DNA of 64,000 nucleotides from Candidatus Planktophila sp. (GTDB taxonomy: Bacteria > Actinomycetota > Actinomycetes > Nanopelagicales > Nanopelagicaceae): the NCBI GenBank assembly GCA_044346555.1, contig JBIIYZ010000004.1, positions 6,361 to 70,360 of the forward strand, in the 5' to 3' direction. Under the pieces are notes generated by a model. That model made no database searches and was not told where the DNA came from. It worked only from the letters and a program-made list of their open reading frames with translations. The translations under genes were made by a program, and so were the position numbers. This document shows, in pieces, positions 1 to 8,390 of the stretch (position 1 is its first letter; each line of letters begins with the position of its first letter).

Positions 1-1
1 G

Positions 2-901
2 ACTTGGCTAGTAACTATTGGAATTCTTTCAGTGGTGATCGCCTTCGACTTAATTTTAGCAATTTTGCGCCGCAATAAAGAGACCAGCATGAGTGAAGCC
101 GCAATCTGGACTGTTATTTACGTTTCAGCAGCAATTGCCTTTGGTTACTTCATGCCCAACTGGACTCCAAGTGAAACCGCTCAGAAAGAATTCTTTGCGG
201 GTTGGCTAACTGAGTACGCTCTTTCCGTTGATAACATCTTCGTATTTGTAATTATTTTAAGTCGTTTGCAGATTGAAAAGACAAAACAACAACTTGTACT
301 TTTATTGGGAATCATCATTGCGCTTATATTGCGTGGAATTTTCATTGCCGCGGGAACCGCGATTATTACTCGATTCTCAAGTGCGTTCTTTATCTTCGGT
401 GCTTTCTTGATCTACACCGCGTATCAGCTCTTGCGTGAAGACGGCAAGGAAGAAGAAGAACAGGAAGATAGTCGCATTGTTAAATTCATGCGTTCAAAGG
501 GTGCTAGCTCGTTCACGATTGCTTTGATCACCCTTGGTATTACCGACTTAGTCTTCGCGCTTGATTCAATACCGGCCATTTTCGGAATTACCAAAGATCC
601 ATATATTGTCGTTACTGCGAATATTTTTGCCTTGATGGGGCTGCGTCAGCTCTACTTCTTATTACAAGGACTGCTCAAGCGATTGGTGTTTCTCTCAAAA
701 GGTCTATCAGTTATCTTGGCATTTATCGGAGTCAAAATGTTCTTTGAGGCATTCCACGGTATCGGGATTCACGAGATTGCGGGTATTGAAGTGCCTCACG
801 TTTCGATTGAGTTCAGCCTTGGCGTCATCGTCGGAACTCTTTTGATTACCGCCGTAGCAAGCCTTACCGCTACTCGTAAAGATGGTTCAGAGATTATTTA
901 A
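2..901 (+). CDS. TerC/Alx family membrane protein (5' end truncated by window)
   Basis: Motif EYALSVDNIFVF, LFALDSIPA-like motif (LVFALDSIPAIFGIT), many TM helices; frame is open back to base 2. Confidence 0.9.
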   Translation, partial: TWLVTIGILSVVIAFDLILAILRRNKETSMSEAAIWTVIYVSAAIAFGYFMPNWTPSETAQKEFFAGWLTEYALSVDNIFVFVIILSRLQIEKTKQQLVLLLGIIIALILRGIFIAAGTAIITRFSSAFFIFGAFLIYTAYQLLREDGKEEEEQEDSRIVKFMRSKGASSFTIALITLGITDLVFALDSIPAIFGITKDPYIVVTANIFALMGLRQLYFLLQGLLKRLVFLSKGLSVILAFIGVKMFFEAFHGIGIHEIAGIEVPHVSIEFSLGVIVGTLLITAVASLTATRKDGSEII

Positions 902-1237
902 ATCTATTGCTCGATCTCGCAAAGTATCGCGGCCGTGCTCTTTCGCGCGCTCATGAACTTTGCGGATCTGGAGTTCGAAACTAGCAATAGCCTTATCGAA
1001 TGCGGCAACACCATTGAATTCGGCAGCTTCGGCGCGCAATAACGGACCTGCGCCCCGTGAAGTAATCACCACTCTGTGGTCATGTTTTCCTTGACGGGGG
1101 TTTTTCTCTTCGATTACTTCGACTTCGACGCGATCCATTTTTACGTTAAATCTTGCTAACGCTTTAAGTTTCTCGTTGACAATTCCTTTGAAATCTTCGG
1201 CAACCTGGGCATTTCTCAACTGAATGATAATTTCCAT
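887..1237 (-). CDS. hpf: Ribosome hibernation promoting factor (short HPF/RaiA type)
   Basis: HPF-like pattern: N-terminal strand, V-EKL--L-RF helix, LRAEA, FDKA---FELQIRK; 116 aa, no C-terminal S30AE domain. Confidence 0.8.
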   Translation of the reverse strand: MEIIIQLRNAQVAEDFKGIVNEKLKALARFNVKMDRVEVEVIEEKNPRQGKHDHRVVITSRGAGPLLRAEAAEFNGVAAFDKAIASFELQIRKVHERAKEHGRDTLRDRAIDLNNL

Positions 1238-1275
1238 GTATCTACTGTGGCACTAAGTGGTGCGCAATGGAAGTA

Positions 1276-1656
1276 CTAAAGCGGCAGTGCGAAAGTGGCG
1301 AGCGTTAACCCTAGGGCAAGTAAAATTGACTGGGCCAAAATAGTTATCGCAGTTTTGCGATCTGCTTTCTTGGCGATTGGATCTGAAACTCGTGAAATTT
1401 GCCCTAGTTTGCCAAAATTAAAAGTTCCCATGAATCCATAAGCTAAGCAAAATTTCTTGCGTGATTGAATTAATCCGATCGCGAAAACCATTAATGGAAA
1501 GAAGAGTGTTAAGCGGGCACTTTGCGTTGCGTCAGTACCAATTAGCCCGATTAAAGAAACAACTGAGATTACTGCGCCAGCCAGGGCAACAACTTGGCGG
1601 CGGCGAACTTCACCTTTGCCAATATTGCAACTACCCGCGACATATTCTTGGCTCAA
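1276..1656 (-). CDS. Conserved membrane protein with CNIG and FC motifs (YgaP/DUF2892-like)
   Basis: 126 aa, 3 hydrophobic segments, YVAGSCNIG...RRR and KKFCLAYG motifs; operon-style packing. Confidence 0.65.
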   Translation of the reverse strand: MSQEYVAGSCNIGKGEVRRRQVVALAGAVISVVSLIGLIGTDATQSARLTLFFPLMVFAIGLIQSRKKFCLAYGFMGTFNFGKLGQISRVSDPIAKKADRKTAITILAQSILLALGLTLATFALPL

Positions 1657-1806
1657 TTAAGCCTCTTCTAATTCTTCTTCGTCGATCCAGGCGTCTACCT
1701 CAGTCTCATCTTGCTTATCTACCCAAGAGAGAAATGAACCTATGGCGCGAAAAGCCAACAAAGCTACGCCGACAACGGCGACGAACCGCTTAATCGCTTT
1801 TAACAT
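1657..1806 (-). CDS. Small 49-aa protein (not in ORF track): one TM helix plus acidic tail
   Basis: Hand translation MLKAIKRFVAVVGVALLAFRAIGSFLSWVDKQDETEVDAWIDEEELEEA*; AGGAG 12 nt upstream; stop abuts the TTG start of the next gene. Confidence 0.7.
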   Translation of the reverse strand: MLKAIKRFVAVVGVALLAFRAIGSFLSWVDKQDETEVDAWIDEEELEEA

Positions 1807-1828
1807 AAGTTAAAAATACTCCTATTGG

Positions 1829-2896
1829 TTAAATTTTGTCTAATGAAGCTGTGATGTCATCCCACAAATCATCAACATTTTCACAGCCGACCGAGAATCG
1901 GATCAAGGATTCAGAGATCTTGTGGCTTTCAGTTGCCCAACGGCGACGACGTTCCCACATAGATTCAATACCGCCGAGGCTAGTTGTGTTTGTAATCAAC
2001 CTTGAACCCTGGGTGACTAGATCTGTGCCAGCGGCATCGCAGGTTAATTCAAAAGAAATCATGCCGCCGTAACCGGGGTAGCGAACTTTGCTTACCTTGG
2101 CGTGGTTAGCCAAGCGCTTAGCGAGTTCTTTGGCATTGGCTTCGGCTGCCCGGAAGCGAAGTGGGAAAGTGCGGATTCCGCGCAGTGCTAACCAAACTTC
2201 AAATGGGCCAGGAATCGCACCGCTTAACTTACGTACATCAGCAAGGCGCTTATAGAGCGCTGGGTCATTGGTGGAAACAGATCCCAAAATTACATCGCTA
2301 TGTCCGGCAAAGTACTTAGTTACAGAGTGCATCACGAAATCTGCGCCAAAATCAAGAGGCGTCTGGGTTAACGGTGTGGCCAAAGTGTTATCTACTGCAG
2401 TGCCAACACCTAACTTCTTAGCGCCAGCAATAATTGTTTTTAAATCTACATTCTCTAGAGCTGGATTTGTTGGATTCTCTAACCAAAGGAGTGCTGCGCC
2501 TTTTGCCGCTTCGAGTACAGCTGCGGTATTTGTGGCTTCAACAAAACGAACTTCGAGGCGACCGCTTTCGTGATAACCCTTTAGCAACGCAGCAATGCCT
2601 TGATAGCCTTCATCGGAGAGAACTACGGGTGCACCGATTGGAAGCAAATTAAAAATCGCACTTGCTGCGGCTTGGCCTGAAGCGAAAACTAAAGTCTGAC
2701 CACCTTCAAGTGCGCTGATAGCTGTTTCTAAAGATGTCCAAGTTTCATTTCCGTATCGGCCGTAACCAATTGGGCCACCAGCGTGAAAAGTTGAGTTAAG
2801 CGCAATTGGAGTATTGAGTTCGCCATCTGGTTCAGGAACTGGGCGGCCAGCGCTAATGGCAAGTGTTTCGGGCTTTAACTTTTTATCAGAACTCAT
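1829..2896 (-). CDS. metB: Cys/Met metabolism PLP enzyme (cystathionine gamma-synthase/lyase family)
   Basis: YGRYGNETW, FASG, WLENPTNP, DNT, HSVTKYFAGHSD (PLP lysine), TSLGGIES. Confidence 0.85.
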   Translation of the reverse strand: MSSDKKLKPETLAISAGRPVPEPDGELNTPIALNSTFHAGGPIGYGRYGNETWTSLETAISALEGGQTLVFASGQAAASAIFNLLPIGAPVVLSDEGYQGIAALLKGYHESGRLEVRFVEATNTAAVLEAAKGAALLWLENPTNPALENVDLKTIIAGAKKLGVGTAVDNTLATPLTQTPLDFGADFVMHSVTKYFAGHSDVILGSVSTNDPALYKRLADVRKLSGAIPGPFEVWLALRGIRTFPLRFRAAEANAKELAKRLANHAKVSKVRYPGYGGMISFELTCDAAGTDLVTQGSRLITNTTSLGGIESMWERRRRWATESHKISESLIRFSVGCENVDDLWDDITASLDKI

Positions 2897-2917
2897 AGCT
2901 GAAAGCCTATTACTTTT

Positions 2918-4444
2918 TTACTTTCCAAGAACGGCCATTGCCGCATTATGTCCAGGGATTCCGCTTACTCCCCCACCTCTTTGCGCGCCAGCACCACAGA
3001 TAAAGATTCGAGGATCATCTGTTTCTACGCCCCAGCGTCGATTATCGCCTTCTTCGCGGAATGGGAAAGTTAGATCTTTATGGAAGATGTTTCCACGGGG
3101 CAATGAGATTGCTTCTTCTAAATCAAGCGGGCTCTTGGCCTCGATACAAGGTGATCCATCACTATTACGAGCAATGATTTCAGAGATCGGGTCAACTAAA
3201 TACTTATCCAATTCTGCGATGAAACCAGCTAGCGCTGTGGCCTTCGTGGCCTCATTATCGGCATCGAATAGCTCTGCTGGTGTGTGGAGACCAAAGAGAG
3301 TCAAGGTTTGGTAACCAGCTGATTGTAGCTCGGGGCTTAAAATTGTTGGGTCAGACAAAGTATGGCAATACATTTCTGACGGGAAACAAGCAGGCAACTT
3401 GCCAGCCTTGCTCTCTTGGTAAGAAGTTTCTAACTGAGAAAATTTTTCACTGATATGGAAGGTGCCAGCAAAAGCTAACTCAGCCGAGATGCCACTTTTG
3501 AGTCGAGGCAATTTCTTTAACAACATATTAACTTTAAATTGAGCGCCAGATAAACTTGCTGGTTTGCTTTGATTACGCAGATCTGCCAGAACTTGTGGAG
3601 CAGCATTAGATAGTAAATGGCTAGCCTCATACACATCGCCGTTTTGAACAGTTGCGGTAACTAAATCTGAGTCACTTGAAATATTAGTTACTTTGCTATT
3701 GGTGCGAATTTCTACACCAGCTGCGCGAGCAACGCGTTCTAGTTCTATTACTAGAGCACCCATGCCACCTTTTGGAACTTTCCACTCACCAGTGCCGTTT
3801 CCAATTAAGTGATAGAGAAAACAAATATTGGCTAACAGGTCATCAGCTGAAACATGTGTACCAATTAGGGCGTCAGTAAGGACAACACCTTTAACCAAAT
3901 CACTTTTAAATCGTGCGTTAATTACTTCGCCAATTGGCTGCTCAATCAAATACTCCCAAATGTCGGGTAGATCAACTATCGCTTTGAGTTCACTGCGGCT
4001 CTTCAATGGTTGCAACATGTAGGGCGCAATGCGTTCGGCAAACATCGCAACTTCGCCGTAGAACTGCTGCCATGCTTGGGCGTCAGCTTCGCCATCTGGG
4101 ATAGCTGCGAATGATTCAGCGGTTGCTTGGTCCCATTGGCGCGAGATGTAGAGCCCCGCCCCGTTTAAATCAGGGGTATATGAGGAAACTTTACGCGGCA
4201 CAGTTTCGAAATTAAGTCCTAAGTCACTAACAATTTGATCAGGCAATAGCGCTACTAAATACGAATAGCGCGACAAGCGGGCATCAAATTCTGGAAAAGC
4301 CCTGACGCTAGCGGTCGCGCCACCAATTTCCTCATTGGCTTCAAGAATTACCACTGATTTACCGGCCTTTGCTAAGTAAGTTGCAGCTACTAAACCGTTG
4401 TGCCCACCACCAACAATCACGACATCTCTAGTAACTGTGGCCAT
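2918..4444 (-). CDS. Phytoene dehydrogenase-like FAD oxidoreductase (PYROXD2-like)
   Basis: GGGHNGLVAATYLA Rossmann motif, PKGGMG, C-terminal GAGAQRGGGVSGIPGHNAA. Confidence 0.85.
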   Translation of the reverse strand: MATVTRDVVIVGGGHNGLVAATYLAKAGKSVVILEANEEIGGATASVRAFPEFDARLSRYSYLVALLPDQIVSDLGLNFETVPRKVSSYTPDLNGAGLYISRQWDQATAESFAAIPDGEADAQAWQQFYGEVAMFAERIAPYMLQPLKSRSELKAIVDLPDIWEYLIEQPIGEVINARFKSDLVKGVVLTDALIGTHVSADDLLANICFLYHLIGNGTGEWKVPKGGMGALVIELERVARAAGVEIRTNSKVTNISSDSDLVTATVQNGDVYEASHLLSNAAPQVLADLRNQSKPASLSGAQFKVNMLLKKLPRLKSGISAELAFAGTFHISEKFSQLETSYQESKAGKLPACFPSEMYCHTLSDPTILSPELQSAGYQTLTLFGLHTPAELFDADNEATKATALAGFIAELDKYLVDPISEIIARNSDGSPCIEAKSPLDLEEAISLPRGNIFHKDLTFPFREEGDNRRWGVETDDPRIFICGAGAQRGGGVSGIPGHNAAMAVLGK

Positions 4445-4446
4445 AA

Positions 4447-5451
4447 TTATTCTTCAAGTCGTTTTGTGGAGTTACGTACTACCAGGGTCGTTGGTAAAAC
4501 TAATGATGGCACTTCAGCGCTTGGTTTACGCAGACGTTCCATGATTGACCAAGCAGCCATCTCGCCCATCAACTGCACGGGTTGTTCGATAGTGGTTAGA
4601 TCTGAATATTCCGCCATCTCGTGACCATCAAAACCAATAATGGAAATGTCATCTGGAACGCTTAATCCATGACGCCTTGCTGCTTGCATAGCGCCAAATG
4701 CCATTTCATCAGACTCGCAGAAAATTGCAGTCGGACGATTTGGTCTGGCCAGTAAATCATCCATGGCACGCGAAGCAGTATTCATCGTGAAATCACCGTG
4801 AACTTCGCGCGAAGGTATCCATTCCAATCCGTTCTCAGCTAATACTTGTAAGAATCCACGACGACGATCTTGTGGCACTGAGAAATTAAATGGGTCATCA
4901 GGGCGACCAGACATTAAACCAATTTGCTTATGACCTTGATTTACTAAATGTTGGGTAGCAGTTCTGGCTCCAGCCACATCGTCAATTTTAATACTCGCAC
5001 AATCTTTATGTGCCATGCCTACAAGTGCAATTGGAATTCCTAAACTCAACATCGAAGCGAATTCTTCTTCGGTTGGCGGCAAACTAATAACAATCAGAGC
5101 ATCGACGCGACCCTTTAGTAATTGATGCTGGAATAATCGTTCGCGACCTTTCATCTGGCTAAAGTTATAAAGCAGCAGATCTAAGCCAGCTTCGCGAAGC
5201 GCTTGTTCAGCGCCATTAATTACTTGGGCGAAATACCAACGCGAAATATATGGAGCAACTACGCCGACGCTGTTAGTGCGTCCAGGTCGAATCCGATCGC
5301 CATCGCCAGTTAAGGAGTAATTTAATTTCGCAGCTGCGGCCTCAATCTTGGCTCTGGTTTGCGGATTGACATGTTCAAGGCCCCGAAGTGCGCGCGAAAC
5401 AGTTGCGGTTGAAACGCCTGCCTCTGCTGCGACTTCCTTGATACCGGCCAT
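4447..5451 (-). CDS. LacI family transcriptional regulator
   Basis: IKEVAAEAGVSTATVSRAL HTH; IFCESDEMAFG, DDISIIGFD, LTTIEQP. Confidence 0.95.
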   Translation of the reverse strand: MAGIKEVAAEAGVSTATVSRALRGLEHVNPQTRAKIEAAAAKLNYSLTGDGDRIRPGRTNSVGVVAPYISRWYFAQVINGAEQALREAGLDLLLYNFSQMKGRERLFQHQLLKGRVDALIVISLPPTEEEFASMLSLGIPIALVGMAHKDCASIKIDDVAGARTATQHLVNQGHKQIGLMSGRPDDPFNFSVPQDRRRGFLQVLAENGLEWIPSREVHGDFTMNTASRAMDDLLARPNRPTAIFCESDEMAFGAMQAARRHGLSVPDDISIIGFDGHEMAEYSDLTTIEQPVQLMGEMAAWSIMERLRKPSAEVPSLVLPTTLVVRNSTKRLEE

Positions 5452-5466
5452 TTTCCCTCAATCTTT

Positions 5467-5522
5467 CTGCAACTAACTGTAAATTCCTGCAACAATTGTA
5501 AAAAGTAGGCCTTACGGGTCAA
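5467..5522 (-). promoter_or_regulatory. SigA-type promoter of the LacI gene, overlapped by tandem repeats
   Basis: Minus strand TTGACC (5522-5517), N16, TACAAT (5500-5495); direct repeats at 5467-5483 and 5487-5502; SD GAGGG before ATG. Confidence 0.55.
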
Positions 5523-5563
5523 AAAAGCAATAGATTTCTGGGAATTAGCACTACTTTACAGTT

Positions 5564-6163
5564 ATGAGCAATCAAATTCAGACGATAATTCAAGTTGAAC
5601 TCGAAGATCGCAATCGCCTTACCGCTTTCTTTCGATTAATCATCGTGCTGCCAGTTGCCATCTATTTCAGTGCATTTGCCATTGAATCGATCGCATCTGA
5701 TAACTGGAGCTACAGCTTAGGCGGTCTCATTATCGTGCCGACACTGTTAGCCCTGGTTTTTCGCGGCATTTACCCAAGTTATGCGCTCTCATTTAATAAT
5801 GCTCTGATTTCATTGGAAACTCGCGTTAACGCATATGTTCTTTTACTTACCGATGATTATCCATCAATCGAAGAAAATGACATTGTAAAAATCACTTTTC
5901 CTGAGGTTGGCAACGGTTCCCAGCTCAGTCGAGTAAAACCACTGTTTAAATGGATCTTGGCGATTCCACTATACGTAATGGGAATCATCTACGTAATTTA
6001 CGGATTATTTCTAACTGCTTTCGCTTGGTTTTCAATCTTGTTTAGTGGTAAATATCCAGTTTGGTGCGCCGACGCTATGGTGGGAATTTTAGCCTTTTTC
6101 AATCGTGTATACGGTTATGCATTTATTTTGGTAACTGACGAATACCCAAGTTTCTCCCTCTAA
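5564..6163 (+). CDS. DUF4389 domain membrane protein
   Basis: Two repeats ending in LLTDDYPSI and LVTDEYPSFSL; LFRGIYP / FSGKYP. Confidence 0.85.
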   Translation: MSNQIQTIIQVELEDRNRLTAFFRLIIVLPVAIYFSAFAIESIASDNWSYSLGGLIIVPTLLALVFRGIYPSYALSFNNALISLETRVNAYVLLLTDDYPSIEENDIVKITFPEVGNGSQLSRVKPLFKWILAIPLYVMGIIYVIYGLFLTAFAWFSILFSGKYPVWCADAMVGILAFFNRVYGYAFILVTDEYPSFSL

Positions 6164-6166
6164 TCT

Positions 6167-6811
6167 ATGGCGGTCCACTCTGCGCAAAAGATGCGACGTA
6201 TCGTTGCTGAAGTTGCTGAGATGGATAAGAAATTTGCACCACTAATAGCTCGTCGCCCCCTTTGTACAATTGGCCGAAGTGCTCCAACCGAGACTCATTT
6301 TGAATCCTTAGTTAGTTCAGTTATCTCCCAACAGCTAGCCGTAAAAGCTGCCGAGACTATTCATGGGCGCTTGGTTGATATATGCAAGGGCACAATTAGC
6401 GCTAAAAAAATAATCAAACTCGATGACCTAGCTCTTCGAGAAATTGGTGTTTCTGGCGCAAAAGCTCGCACAATAAAGGGGCTAGCTGGGGCAGTTGTAG
6501 ATAAATCAATTCCCATAGATGCCATCGATGAAATCCATGATGATCAAGAGATTTATGACAAATTAACTTCGCTTTGGGGTATTGGGCGCTGGACAGTTGA
6601 GATGTTTATGATGTTTCAACTAGGTCGCTTAAATGTCTGGCCTACTGGAGATTTAGCAGTGCGCCGGGGTTGGGATATTGTCCATAAGAATAAAGAAGAA
6701 ACTCTGGCGAAAGCTTTAGATGTTAAGGGTGAAAAGTTGCATCCCTACCGAAGTGTGGTTGCCTGGTATTGCTATCAAGCAGTTCATGAAAGCCGTGGGT
6801 TGGATTACTAA
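6167..6811 (+). CDS. DNA-3-methyladenine glycosylase II (AlkA, HhH-GPD)
   Basis: FESLVSSVISQQLAVKAA, HhH motif LWGIGRWTVEMF, WPTGDLAVRRG, PYRS. Confidence 0.9.
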   Translation: MAVHSAQKMRRIVAEVAEMDKKFAPLIARRPLCTIGRSAPTETHFESLVSSVISQQLAVKAAETIHGRLVDICKGTISAKKIIKLDDLALREIGVSGAKARTIKGLAGAVVDKSIPIDAIDEIHDDQEIYDKLTSLWGIGRWTVEMFMMFQLGRLNVWPTGDLAVRRGWDIVHKNKEETLAKALDVKGEKLHPYRSVVAWYCYQAVHESRGLDY

Positions 6812-7221
6812 ATATCCTCCAGGATTAATGAGACTGAGTTAATGCACCAACGTTGATCTGTTGGCACGTCATAGCCTTCGCCTTCAAAAACATGGCCTAG
6901 GTGCGAGCCACAGGCAGCACAGCGCACTTCAGTGCGAACTCTAGGAGCAAGCGAGCGATCTTCAATTAGTTCAACTGCATCGTCGGCAGAAGGTGCGTAA
7001 AAAGATGGCCAGCCACAACCTGAATGAAACTTAGTTTCGCTACGGAATAACTCAGCGGCACAAGCTTTACATTTGTAGACGCCAACTTTGTCCGAGTCGG
7101 TGTATTCGCCAGTAAATGGTCGCTCGGTTGCGGCGTTACGCAGAACATTATATGAAAGTGGATCGAGCTTTGCCTTTAGCTCGTCTTCATTTAGCTTAAC
7201 TGGATAATTATTTTCACTCAT
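6808..7221 (-). CDS. msrB: Peptide methionine (R)-sulfoxide reductase
   Basis: TERPFTGEY, CKAC, KFHSGCGWPSF, CAACGSHLGHVF, RWCINS. Confidence 0.97.
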   Translation of the reverse strand: MSENNYPVKLNEDELKAKLDPLSYNVLRNAATERPFTGEYTDSDKVGVYKCKACAAELFRSETKFHSGCGWPSFYAPSADDAVELIEDRSLAPRVRTEVRCAACGSHLGHVFEGEGYDVPTDQRWCINSVSLILEDI

Positions 7222-7745
7222 TAGAGAACCACGCCAACCGGAAAAGCAATGCCAGTGCTGGAATGACAGTCATAACCATTTGGATTCTTCTTCAGATACT
7301 TCTGGTGATATTCCTCGGCCATGAAGTATTCAACGCCATCGGCGCTAAGAATCTCAGAGACAATCGGGTCGAAACCAGCTTGTGTTAAAACTTCTTGGTA
7401 GAGATCACGAGACTTGGTGGCCTGAGCCAATTGTTCTGGTGTCGTCGCATAAATAGCACTCCGATATTGAGTTCCGATATCGCCGCCTTGTTGATTCAAC
7501 GAAGTCGGATCATGCATCGTCCAAAACTCTTCAAGTAAACGTTGATAAGAAATCTGCTCATCATCAAAGCGAACATGCACCATTTCGGCATGACCAGTTA
7601 CGCCAGTACACACTTGCTCATAACTAGGATTTGGGCGGGTGCCACCCATATAACCAACGCTGGTATCAATTACTCCGGCTAGCTGCCAGAAACGACGTTC
7701 TGCGCCCCAAAAACAGCCAGTTGCAAAGTATGCGCTCTGATTCAT
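7221..7745 (-). CDS. msrA: Peptide methionine (S)-sulfoxide reductase (start corrected to 7745)
   Basis: GCFWG, GHAE, QYRSAIY, AEEYHQKY; the longer track ORF runs antisense over the tRNA. Confidence 0.95.
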   Translation of the reverse strand: MNQSAYFATGCFWGAERRFWQLAGVIDTSVGYMGGTRPNPSYEQVCTGVTGHAEMVHVRFDDEQISYQRLLEEFWTMHDPTSLNQQGGDIGTQYRSAIYATTPEQLAQATKSRDLYQEVLTQAGFDPIVSEILSADGVEYFMAEEYHQKYLKKNPNGYDCHSSTGIAFPVGVVL

Positions 7746-7849
7746 GGCGATATTCTGGCAGTAAGCTCGCAAAATTGTCATACGAGATATATCGATGAAT
7801 ATTTCTGGGTAATTATTAAGATCTGCGCTACTGATAACCTTGCCATTGC

Positions 7850-7921
7850 GCCCCCGTAGCTCAGGGGATAGAGCACCGCCCTCCGGAGGCGGGAGCACAG
7901 GTTCGAATCCTGTCGGGGGCA
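7850..7921 (+). tRNA. tRNA-Arg(CCG), CCA not encoded
   Basis: Cloverleaf: GCCCCCG/CGGGGGC acceptor, GCTC/GAGC D-stem, CCGCC-CTCCGGA-GGCGG anticodon arm, ACAGG-TTCGAAT-CCTGT T-arm. Confidence 0.97.
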
Positions 7922-8120
7922 CTTTCAAATGATGAAAAATTATGCTGAGCGAGATAAATCACCAGTAATCGGGAAATCCCCTGCGTTATGTCCTTGTAAT
8001 ACGGGTGCGGGCACGGGAGAATAAGAACCTTACGACATCAAGATCGTAGTTAGATCAAATTACTTAATTGGTACGGAACTGGCTTCTGTACGTGAGATTT
8101 CAGGGATAGGTGGTGTTCTC

Positions 8121-8390
8121 ATGGATTGGCGTCATCAATCCGCTTGCCGCGATGAAGATCCAGAGCTTTTCTTCCCAGTCGGAAACACTGGCCCTGCCAT
8201 TACCCAGATTGAAGAAGCTAAAAAGGTTTGTAACCGCTGCATAGTTAAAGATGCCTGCTTGGCTTGGGCGCTTGAGAGCGGACAAGATGCCGGAGTATGG
8301 GGCGGTTTATCAGAAGATGAACGTCGTGCTCTAAAGCGTCGCGCGGCACGTAATCGTGCCCGTCTGCAAGAACAGCAAAACCAGTTCTAA
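8121..8390 (+). CDS. whiB1: WhiB family Fe-S transcription factor (WhiB1/WblE type)
   Basis: MDWRHQSACRDEDPELFFPVG, four Cys, GVWGGLSEDERR. Confidence 0.9.
   Translation: MDWRHQSACRDEDPELFFPVGNTGPAITQIEEAKKVCNRCIVKDACLAWALESGQDAGVWGGLSEDERRALKRRAARNRARLQEQQNQF

Noticed and set aside
2918-4444. Carotenoid desaturase CrtI for retinal/actinorhodopsin supply
   Set aside because: Motifs fit the PYROXD2-like subfamily and no crtE/B/Y/blh genes are nearby
7746-7928. N-terminal extension of MsrA in the ORF track
   Set aside because: It is the antisense of tRNA-Arg and its promoter; MsrA homology starts at 7745
7994-8022. CRP-like site or promoter upstream of whiB1 (TTGTAA-N17-GAGAAT; GTGCGGGCAC)
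   Set aside because: The -10 deviates from TANNNT and the palindrome does not fit GTGA-N6-TCAC spacing; too weak to call
7850-8120. tRNA-Arg as an integration site for an island
   Set aside because: No integrase, no duplicated tRNA 3' end and no foreign genes follow; whiB1 is directly downstream
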